Source of the DNA: Balanoglossus misakiensis
Taxonomy: Eukaryota > Animalia > Hemichordata
Direction: 5' to 3'
DNA length: 64,000 nt
NCBI GenBank assembly: GCA_040954595.2
Contig: CM082583.2
Coordinates: 10,863,656-10,927,655, forward strand
Shown: piece after piece, positions 24,851-36,400 of the stretch
How positions within the stretch are numbered: the stretch's first letter is position 1
How the letters are laid out: every line of letters begins with the position of its first letter
Notes under the pieces: model-generated
What the model was told of the DNA's origin: nothing
Seen by the model: the letters and a program-made list of their open reading frames with translations, nothing else
The model's database searches: none
Position numbers and translations under genes: made by a program

Positions 24851-27800
24851 ATTTCCATCCGTTCCGAGATCTGACTTTAGACGCAAGTTGGAGTAAAATA
24901 ATTTCCTGAGGTCTTGAACCGGAGACGGGAGCTTCCTTGCCGTAGCAACCCGGTGGACCGCTGCATGCGCAATTTGTCAGGCTGCAGTCTCTGGCGTGGT
25001 TTCCATAGGACTTGACTGACACTCCGCGAATAAACGGGCACTATCATTGACGACTGTGGCCAAAGTGTGGAGAAAGGGAATAAAAACTGGGCGGAGCCTC
25101 GATCGCAAGCTTCAAGAAAAGGGCAAGTGGCACAGGTGACACTGACTCTCCCGTTTTCTATCACTGGACGAGGTCACTGTTGCAGGGGCCGGTTGCAGAG
25201 ACAGGGATGCCGAGGCGCTGAAGTGTTGTTCGTTGACAGAACGGAAGCTCGGCGACGGATATTGTTGGAGAAGTTGTCCACAAGAGCATGGGCAGAGACT
25301 GACTCCTTAAACAACGAACGGCTCCGATAAATACTGCAAAGCAGCACGTGTAGGTCGTAACAAATTTTGGAAAGATAAACACCAAGTCGGGTTTAAATAA
25401 ACAAAAAGAATGACGAGCGAAGGAAGCCAGCCAGTCCCCACCCTTCTTTCATACTCCGTTCTGTCACCACGAAAAGAAATTTATGGCAATTTATGGGCCT
25501 AGATGAACATTCCTGATAAAGTCATAGAAGTCAAGGTTTAGTACAAACAGTGGAAATAAAAGCCTCAATACCGCGAGTTTTGTTCGTTGTCTGCGTACAA
25601 CCTTACCACCACCAGCAACCTGCCTTGTTGGGCATATGCTTGTATAAGAAATTCAGCGTTTGGTTTACAGCAGTCAACTCTGTGATGTAAATTAAACCGC
25701 GCGGCGACTTCCAGTGAAAGCAAAGCGTAAAAAAGAACCAGATGTTCGTCGGTACAGGTAATGTTATTTTCTCAAAACTTCCTGGCATTTCCTTCGCCCA
25801 CAAATGCAGAATGGCAACCGCTACCAACCAGGCGACGTGCAGAGAATCCGTGAGGCTGTAAACACCAGTTTATGGATGAGGAGCGTCGACGATGTCTTGC
25901 TTCCGTAAGAACGTATGCAAGCGTGATGAAGTCGGCTTTTAGTTCTGAATCAGCGCTTCTAAAACGATCGACTTTGACTCTGTGGGTACAGTTGACCTTC
26001 CATGAGAAAGAGCACCGCCAGAAACTTTAATGCATCTCTCCCGGATCTATAAAGTTTTGGCGCCGGCGCTGTTTGTCCTTGTATCGTCTTTCCCTTGGCT
26101 TCGACACAGTATCTACTGGGATCGGCGGGACACCGGAGTGATCTGCCTATCGGTCGTTCAGTCCATCCCCCAAACTACGCGGTTCCATCAGTCCCGGCAA
26201 ACCGCTAAAAGTGAAGTGGCACATTTGATCTCGGTAGATGATGACGCATTTGGTAATAATGATTGAAGCAGCGGCTGAGAAGTGAACGATTCCAGAAATA
26301 GAAATGGATTGAATTTATACAACATAAGTTAACCTTTTCTTTCATCGAATAAAATTGAACTGGCTGCATCTCGCCAGGGTTACTAATCTGACCTACGTAA
26401 AGCCCGGATGACGATGAATATGAGACTCGACATCCCAAGACGCACAAAGTGCTACGGTACGCACATTTCTATTGTGTTTAGTGTTGTCTGCTTAAATGAA
26501 CGTTTACAGCCCCTGTGATAATGTACATGCCATATTTCTGTGTACTGAGACATTTCTCTGGGGATTACAACAACGATTTTATTACTTTGGCCTTGTTACC
26601 TGTTTATAGCCGTCGCTTTTATCCCGTCTTTGGCAAACAGTCGCCTGCCATTTGTTGCCCTTTTATTCGTTGTCATGTGTCGGTGAGAAGTCGTAGACGC
26701 CAAAAAGGCGCGAAATTAATGGGTTGATATTCACTTGATTTGTACTACTCGGACTGCGGTGACGTCATAAATCTTGGATAGCAGGCGGAGAAGGGTCTGA
26801 AGACCGGAACGGATACATCGATCTTTGGAGTGAGGGTTCAGACAGCTATGGTGATCTATGCACCCGTCAATTATGCGAGAACATTCAGTAAATACACAAG
26901 TGCGTGAACTGTTCACAAATCAAAAGCAAAACAGTGTGCAGAATTCAAGACAGTAAAAGCATATTGAAGGAACAGAGCGGAATGACGATCCATTCTGTTG
27001 CTGGATAGAACAAAAGGAAACGTTTCTTTTTCTTGGGGTCGTAGATGGCGCTGTTTCATTCGACTGTACCAGTCGGTTTTTGCGTGAACCCTTTCTCGCT
27101 TTATCTACTTCAATTGACATTGTGACAAGTTAATGGCTTTGTCCCTTTAAGGGAAAGTGCTGTCATCATCGAAACAGCAACTGAATTATAACGATTAACA
27201 GTGGCAGTGCACATATACACAGGCCATGTTGTCATACCAGTATGCCACTGATACATGTATACTAAGCGCCCAAATGCAAACGAGCTAACGAGAAACCGTT
27301 TATTGGAAACACAAAAAAATCCAAAACATTATACTATGTTGCGTTTAATTTTAAATTTAATTAATTTTTACCAACGTGGCAACTCTGACATAATTTTAGC
27401 AAAGGTACCACCACGCCATCGAAACATATTGTAAAGTACTTCGTGTGAACCATATGTTTACACTTCACATAATTCAAAATGTGCTTTTAAAATTAGGATG
27501 TTGCAAAACGATAGCAGGTCTGAACACGTGGCGGGTACTTAAATATCACCCAGTTATTAGCGCCAAGTAAATAATAGAAGACAATGTGCTTGTTTGATAA
27601 ATGCATATGCAAATCACAACATCTCCTAATATAGGAACAGATGGGAATATGGTTTGACGTAGGTGGAATTTTAAAACCCCTTAATAAAAATACAATTTGA
27701 GTACATTTACTACTCTTTGACGAAAGTAGTTACTGTGGTAAGGGCCCTATTGACGTGAATTTCCAAAACATGTCTCGTAGTGTTTGGTTCAAGTCAAAGA

Positions 27801-28175
27801 AACTTAAAGTTCCAGTACGCTGAAGTTGGGGGAGGGGGGGGGAGGGTGTCACAGGAGGCCATGGTGTGACCATATTGAGTCCTTTTCTGTACTGAGGTAT
27901 AAATTGTTTTGTATAACTAGGGAGTCTTATGTGTCTTGGCAAGCTTCGAGCCAACACTTGCTTTCCCCCAAGCTCTGTTTCCCTGCATTCCAGTCACGAA
28001 AGTAACATTTGCCCTGCGACATCTGGAAGAACGCAACACTAACAGGCACGAAACAAACTCGAGGTGTTACTCAGAAGTTTAACGAAATTTCCGAAAGTCG
28101 TGTGCCTTGCACGGGCGGGCCGGTGCATCCTTTTAAAGACATTTGAGATTTCTGTTTTAATAACTATCTCCCACA

Positions 28176-31100
28176 ATGGGTCACTCCGATTCGAAGGAAG
28201 TAGCAGAGGACGAAATTTGGAACTGTGATCTGAAGCTTACGCCAGAAGAGTTGGAACTGGGTCGCTACGACTATCCCTTCGAAAATCTCGTTTTGGAGGG
28301 CGGAGGTGCAAAAGGCATAGGATACCATGGAGCATTCAAGGCAAGTCATTGATGTCATTTTCATTGATGATCCACAATATTACAGATATGTATGCTTTAT
28401 ACTGTAACTTTCATCTCAGTAATTGACTCTACATTTGTTCCTAGCTACAATTCCCCTCGCGCTAATGGTATAAAAGACAACTAACAAATTGGCTGAATAA
28501 CTCATCATTGCTTGATGATTACGTGATATCTGAGTGGTTCGTTAATTGCCATCGGCGTCCTCTCTGCGTCACTAAACTTCTTGCCTTCACTTCTTTTAAA
28601 CAAGCTACAACGTGTTATTTCATTTTTTCTTATGGCTGTACAAAAAAGGTTACTAACAGGCGCAAAGACTTCAAAGTTGACTAAAAAAAAATTCATGTCA
28701 ATACGGTTCGTGAATATGGCGAATTTATTCCCTTGCTATAAATATCTCCAACTCGTAACATATTATTTTTGATTCTGTGTCTTAAACCATATTGCACCAT
28801 ATGTTCGAGGTTGATCTTTCTTGGTTTTGTTCTGAATATTTTGTCAATTAAACGTCGAGTTGCAAAATCAAAATCTATCATTAAAGAATTTTAACCAACA
28901 GCTTTTAGACACAACCAATTTTAAATTTTTCATACAATAAATCGTTTTCACTAATACCTGGTTCTGACTTTCTCTCTTGTAGGTTTTGTCAGAGCTTGGC
29001 ATATTTCCGAAGTTTAAGCGTTTGGCGGGAACAAGCATTGGGAGTATAGCAGCGGCGCTGTTGGCTGTCGGCTACAGCCCTGGTGAAGCAGTGCGCATGA
29101 CTATGATGGAAAGCGAGCGTTATTTGTCAGGTGAGTGACGCGTGAATTACAAACTATTTGCTCAGTATAAGGGGATTGGATAACTACGCATGGAGAAACT
29201 GTTGGTTGTATATAACAGGGTTCGTTTGGTCTCTCGAGCTCGCTGGTAGAGGATATTTATGAAGTTCGCGCACTTCATTTCAAATTTAAGTTCAAGAGCT
29301 ATTATTTCTCAGAAACGCACTACTTTTCTCATATTAAACAGACATCACCACCCTTAATTTTGGAACAAGAAAATTAGCTTGAATCTTGGAATACACTTCT
29401 GCTGACAATTCTCTGATTAACAAGTCACCACAAAGAAATATCCAGCCAATACGTGTCCTTCTCTATTTTCCAATCTTAGACCATTCGTGTGGAATGCTCA
29501 GCTTGTTGCCGAATCTCATAAAGGACTATGGATGGAACTCGGGAAAGAACATGCTGGAATGGCTCGGTGAGAAGATCGAAGAGAAGACCGGAGATAAAGA
29601 CATCACTTTCAAAGAGGTAAAAACCAACAACCGCTCTGTTCAATCCTACAGACCTCTTTTAGAAAGACGTCTTCTTTGTTTAATTTGCCCCATTAACACA
29701 ACTAACAATTTCGATCATCAGGTGTACATGAATTATGGCAAAGAGTTGTGTATTGTTGTAACAAATGTGAACCAGATGGACGCTGAATACTGCCATGTCA
29801 AGACCACGCCCCTCATGCCGATCAGAATTGCAGTGCGCATGTCTGTTTCAATCCCAGGTAAGTCAGAGTTTTTAAAAATAGGGTCGTGAATTTGCGAATG
29901 AATTTGGTCAGATTAACCATTCTATATTGTCAGCTCATTGCTTTATATTTCATATATTCATTGAAAACATTGTGTTATATTTTTCACTCTTTTGTTTCTT
30001 AAAAAGCTATATTAGAACCTGTCAGATACGTACGTGGAACAAGTACAGATCTGTACGTTGATGGTGGTTTACTAGTGAATTTCCCGATACACGCTTTTGA
30101 CGGTAGGTATATACTATATTGATCTGGGTTTGTCTGAAATTTCCGGTGTAATGCCATGATGGTATAACATCCGTTGGAAAAATATATACTAGTACTCTCC
30201 AAAATATAACCAACACAGGACCATGCTCCACTTTGAAATGAATCAATTTTAATTTATCATTTGATCTGATTTCTGCACAGGATGGTGGCTGTCAATGAAG
30301 CCTGAACATAATTTTCTATCGAAACTTACCGGCCTTAACGATCTAAGTAAAATCTGGGATAAGAACAAACGATTTGGTGGTTACAACGAGAAGACTATTG
30401 GTGTTTTGGTGGTAAGGCAACAAATTGTTGATTGTTTAAGGAAATTGATTACTGTTTCTTTGTGAGAGATGTATGTACATACATACACACACATATGCAT
30501 ACAAAATTATGTTAGTTGTAAACTCCTATTTCTGCATATTTAATAGTACACCGGCGATGACCACGAAATAAATGAACACGCCATGAATGAACGAAGATAT
30601 AAATATGAAGAGCAAGCTAGACCAATTCAGCGCCCTGACTCTAAACTTGTCCGGTAAGGAAACTGGCATATGTTCATATTTTTGACAATCTTTGTGGAAA
30701 TTTTATCCACATATGACATCCTTGATAACGATAGAATTTTGGGTATTCTAGACGATCCCATCCCTCGAAGTGTTGTGGAATTTTGGCGACTTGGATAACA
30801 GGTATGCATGTCCTCATTACAGGGAAAAAGAGAAAACAAGTCGGTTAAAGGAACACACTCAGTCACAATACGCAGAGACATGCGCCGCCATGGCGAGGTT
30901 TGTGACGGTGATGGGGAAAGGCGACGAAGACAACAACGCAACGGTCGACAGAAAGGAACTCGAGGAAGTCTTCAGTGCGGTAAAGTCTTTACATTGTTCA
31001 TTTGAGATTGGGATTCAACACACTTTCTGTGAAGGTGTGTGATAGGGCGACGGTAAAACTCTGTTTAGTATACATGTTCCAAACGATTACTAGCATTATT

Positions 31101-32099
31101 GACTAGAAAGAAACCAGCCTGCTATACTGTATGCCGATATTTTATTTTTTTCTCTTGCAGAATGAAATCTTCACAGCCAAAGACGCAGAGGCGCTCTTCG
31201 GTGAAGATTACACGATAGAAGGTGTATTTGAAAAATTGGATAAGGATGGCGATGGTGAGGTATGTCATACTCTGTTTCAGTGATGCTAGGGCAGTCACCC
31301 CCTGGACATTTAAATATCGCATAAGACAAGTGAAGCTTTAACACCACGGTTTTGTGTGATGACTAAGTTACAAAATTTTGCAAACAGACATGGCTGTTGA
31401 TCATCAATTACTTTAATTAACAGATCAGCATGTTGGAGTTGATACAGTTCGCCGAGGAACGAGGAGTGAGACTTTGGAGTATGTTTGCTGGTTATGACAG
31501 ATACGAAGTGAACAATGTCGGAGACTATCTGACCGCGGTGCAAGAAACTGTTCTCACTAATGTCAAGAGACTCTACAACGAAGTAAGAGAAATCAAGACT
31601 TGTATTTGCTGGCTTGCAACCTGTAACTACATTAATTAGCCAAGTCTCGCGAGATCTCGTGTTTTTATATTGATATCTCAATACTTTCCTTTCGCAGGAG
31701 GGTGATCTGGATCGAACCATTGCCATTTATCTAGATTACCTGGAAGGGGGTGACTTCTTCACTGAACAAGCTGACAGGACCTTCGCCATTCAGGTAAACA
31801 TCAATCTCTACAATGTCATTATCGTCGCAAAAGGCTGTATTTGTAAGAAATAATTTTTGTGTCCGAAATAACACCATCTAAAGTTAGAAATAAGTTACCT
31901 GAGTGGCACGAAAACTGTAAACATTGTCAAATATATTTGCTTTCAACAGCAAGGAGCCAAGGCGACGCTAACCTTTCTCAGACACTACGTTGACAAATTT
32001 AAGCCCCCTTTGAGGCCAGAGTTCAAGAACGAAATAAATGGAGTGATCGCCGTAGAGGGCCAGGGACAACACGCCGACGAGGAACAGACGGCGGACTGA
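28176..32099 (+). CDS. Patatin-like phospholipase (ExoU/VipD-like) with inserted EF-hand pair, paralogue 1, 12 exons, 526 aa
   Basis: Exons 28176-28340, 28983-29130, 29480-29616, 29722-29857, 30007-30102, 30281-30411, 30547-30653, 30823-30979, 31161-31259, 31424-31582, 31698-31793, 31950-32099 (1581 nt, in frame). Motifs: NLVLEGGGAKG, AGTSIG (nucleophile Ser), MSVSIP, YVDGG (catalytic Asp); EF loops DEDNNATVDRKE and DKDGDGEISMLE. Intron 1 is GC-AG. Confidence 0.93.
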
Positions 32100-32889
32100 A
32101 TAAAGGAAGAGAAATCTGGGAATGAAGAATAACAACGTTGACTTTAGTTACATCCTATAGATTGCAAGATTATTTACACCCAGGTGGTTTCATGGAGTTA
32201 AATGATTATAGTCGGCTCAAGCTGGCGCCCTCCCACCAACTATCTGACAAAAGACACGTTGCGCTATATTTGTTAAGTCTTTGATATGTCTATTACAACC
32301 CGAGTTGCTTCACAACCGAGAAAGACATAGATACCAAAAAAGGCTCCAGAGTTTTCGTGTAATCATTAATCAATCATAATAAACTGTTTTTTACTCTTTA
32401 ATTCCATAGTATTATCGCCAACTATCTGGAATCAACAATTTCTGTTTCAGAGTGACAGCCCGTTCCGGTAGCCATTGCGGACAAAATTAGAAAAACAAAC
32501 AAACACTGTTACTGTTACTGGTACTAGAAATAAAAAACAACATTTTCCACGCGTCTGCAAAACATAAATATCGAAAAATGCAATATGTATGTAGTTATAT
32601 GTCCGTATTTTTGACCGACAGGGAATGCAACTTTTGGGGGATCCATACTGACGCAAAATCGAGGCAGCAGTATTCATGATAATATGTGATAGTATAGAAG
32701 TGTAATAAAACATTATAGTCATTAATGTACATGGCAGGAATAAAGTGCCTTCAGATACATTATGTGTCGTGTAGTTTGTGCAGTAATGCTGATACCTGGA
32801 ATAAGGGTATATTGGTATAACTTTACATAGCACGTGACATGAGTACGAAAGTCCACATTGGGACATTTTTGGAAAAAATGTGGGTGCGT

Positions 32890-32951
32890 TTGGGTGGGTG
32901 GGCGTTCTTTGGGTCGGTTGGTTGGTTGGGTGGGTGGTTGGATGGATGGAT
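32890..32951. repeat. Degenerate (TGGG/TTGG/TGGA)n simple repeat between the phospholipase paralogues
   Basis: tgggtgggtggg...ggttggttggttgggtgggtggttggatggatggat. Confidence 0.75.
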
Positions 32952-33464
32952 GACAACAGCCTCCTTTGTTTTTATTTACACACTTTCAACATACGCATCA
33001 ACACCTCTCCTGGTGCAGTGATGATTGCAATGAGTTGTGTATTTGTGGGTTGTTTGTCAACCTCGTACAAGGCTATATATTGTTAAGCTTTTATCACAAC
33101 CTATATCTGACAGCGGCCTTTATGCCTAATATTTTTTTTTAATTCATGCAATTCCCTGTTATGTCAAGGCTAATTGACTATTTTTATCGGTCAAGAATTT
33201 TCTCTCTTTTGACTATTCAAACATACATTATCATATTAATGCACTTACTTGATGAGTACTTTGCCTATTAATTTATTAGTATTCACTTCAACTGTTCAGT
33301 TAGTCACGGTTGGTTGCGACCAGCGACGCACTACAGCGCGCAAACAGTGAGGTATTCACATAGGTGATAGTATATTCGTATACTAATCCACGTACGTTGC
33401 CCGCAGCAATTCTGCATTGTTTTCATACTCTCACTTAGCTTTCCAGTGTTGGTGAAACAGCACT

Positions 33465-36400
33465 ATGGGGATGTTCGAGTCGAAGAATGCCAAAGAGGGG
33501 GAAGGGTGGGCATCTAACGTCGAGTTAACTCCGGCTGACATGCAACTGGGGCGATACGAGTATCCATTCGAAAATATTGTTCTAGAAGGAGGTGGTGCTA
33601 AAGGGATTGCCTACCATGGCTCATTAAAGGTAAGTGCTAGTTGTGGATTATGATACAAAACGTAGTCACAATCAACAGGTATCCACATTGTGAGTGACGC
33701 ATTTGCTGCTGTCAGAATATCAAATAGCTCGGTTTATGAACCCCTTATATTCCTTTTGTCAAGTCATTTCTGATTTCTAGCGAAGTCCACATCTGTAATT
33801 CAACTATAATCTTGCGAAGAAATGGCTCCAGCAGTCTATGTCAGTTTAAGAGGTTCTTCTACATTGGGTGTAGGCCTTATGACCACTTTGTCAAATTGGC
33901 AATTCTAAAATGTGACCCTCCTATGACCTCCTGGGACGTTATCTGAAACAGTTTTCTACCCCTTTCACCGCCATGGTTCAGTCCAAATCCACTGTTTTCT
34001 AAGGTAAGGTTGGACCCTTAAAATGGGAACTGGGGGGTTAAAGGGTTAAATATGACTCCCTCACGATTCATCCGGCCCACCACTCGTAATAACTGACAGC
34101 AACCTAGTTGCAATATCCAGACGCGCAAAAATATATTTACTTCTGCAGCAGAATGCCTAATTAAGGGCAAATATCCTTCGTGATAAGGTACAATACGGCT
34201 ATCATTCATTGATTGTCGTGAAATGTTGTAATTTGTCTCAAGACGGTAGAAAATATGGCCAGCGATATCTCTTTGTTGTCATACAGGTATTAACAATTCA
34301 TCATCCATCAACTAGACTGTGACGAGTTCATTAGACCAAACCCCTATAGAAGCTACATGCACGTTTGTAATGCCTACTGCCAGTAGCGACATACGACACT
34401 TTTTATCTGATATATTCTTTTAAATCCTCCTGGTTATGTTGAAAAACACAACACGTCATGAATTTTACTAAAGCGTGTTAGTTTCGCTTGTTATATAGAT
34501 CTCTACCCATTTCCGTCAAATTCCAAATTTTAATTGAAGTCAACTACGGCCATGACCCTCTCCACCACGACAGCAGACATAAAACTAGGCCCCGGGTGAC
34601 ATTTATTTGAACACAGAGCGCAATAATCTGACATCGTATTCAGGTCAAAATATCTAAATTACTTTTCCGTCAGTCATTTCTATTTTTAACATTTTTAATG
34701 TTTTATCATGAGTTATCTTTCGATAGGATCGTGGATATTTCCATGATCTTTTACCTACACCATGATCTTTTACCTTGTACCCAACTATAAACTGTGTATA
34801 TTTCTGTATTATAGATAAACACAGCATAACATAAACATTCCATGTGAAATACCACTTCTCTTGTCATAAAAGCTCGCACACTGACTGTCAGAGTGAAGAG
34901 ACACCCGCTAACTGTTACGTGCATTAGTCATGACCATGACATTGTAAATTTTGACATCTGTCGCTCGTCGCTGTAATCTTCCTTTCAAACAATATTGCAA
35001 TTTATTCATTGTGTGAGCTTAATTAAATTAATAATAGCCCCTTTTCTAAACAAAAATATAATATATTTAAATTCAAGGTATCTAAACAATTCAGACCCAA
35101 TGGTCTAATCAACAGTTCATTTCCAAAATACTAATTGAAAATTCCTCTATTTTAACGTGCAGATGACACCTGTTTTTACGTGTTAATTCACTTGTACTAT
35201 CAGTCTGTTTTTTAAAGTGGGACATGCATGCATGGTAGTCTATTTTATTGATTCAACAGAGCGTCCTCGTTGTACCTTACCCACCCAATGCAATATGGTG
35301 ACTGAATTGGCTAATATTAACTGCGATTATTGTACCAAAACTCTATAATCACATGAAATGGACAGCAATTGCAGGGTCTTTTTACTTAATTGAAATTCTA
35401 TGAACGGACTAAATGCAGAAAACAGTTGTCTATATTAAAGGTCCGTAGAAGTATTTAACATATTTTTGCATCTGTCCAACATTAACTTAACCCACAATTT
35501 CTGAGTGTTTAGGCACACAAAATTTACAAAAAAGGCCAAATTAACTGATGGTCATATCAAGCATATTTGACAAAACTTGGGCGGCAAGGATAAACGGATG
35601 GGCGGACAGTGGTAACTTATGCATGAAATCCACACTCCTCCTTTCTCAAAGCGGACAAGAAAAATATCATGTAATAATTTTCTTTTCAACATGGCAGGTG
35701 TTATCCCAGTTGGGCATATTTCCCCAAATAAAGCGTTTTGCTGGAACGAGCATTGGCAGTATTGGAGCAACATTATTGTCGGTGGGTTATAGCCCGGATG
35801 AAGCTGTCGTTACGGTCGTTAACGAGAGGGACAAGTATCTAATGGGTGAGCATTATCCAAATATAAATTCTAAATAATGGATATACATTATTGTCTTTGA
35901 ATAACTTTATAATGGTATTATCTTTATGCAATTCCTATCTGAAGGACCAAAAATCAACCCTTTTAAGTTCTCGAATTATATAAAATATTAAATGCAATCA
36001 CTAATTTTTCCCCAACGAAGACCATTCGTGTGGCATTCTCAGTATAATTCCCAATATCGTAATGGATTATGGATGGAACCCTGGCAGGAAAATGCTGGAA
36101 TGGCTTGGCGATAAGATTGAAGAGAAAACAGGAAATAGAGATATTACCTTTAAAGAGGTATTTATATTTAAAACCTATAATTATTGTCAAAGTCTGAGTA
36201 GGAGAGATGTGTTTGCTTGAAATTTTGCTATTTTTGAATTTTATTTGATTGACGGAAGTCCAGCTTCCTTGACAAGCTGCAAATATTTTTGGGTTTGGCT
36301 TCAATGAGGCCACTAGATTTATTTTACCCAGTACTGTATAACGATTTATCATCTTGAAATTTGAATACGCCTATCCCTATGAGACCTGCATACAGCATAC

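Noticed and set aside
24850-28176. Functional link between the lipidated Wnt and the head-to-head lipase (Notum-like deacylation)
   Set aside because: The lipases lack a signal peptide and look cytosolic and myristoylated, and they are patatins, not Notum-type hydrolases. Adjacency at 3.3 kb is not evidence.
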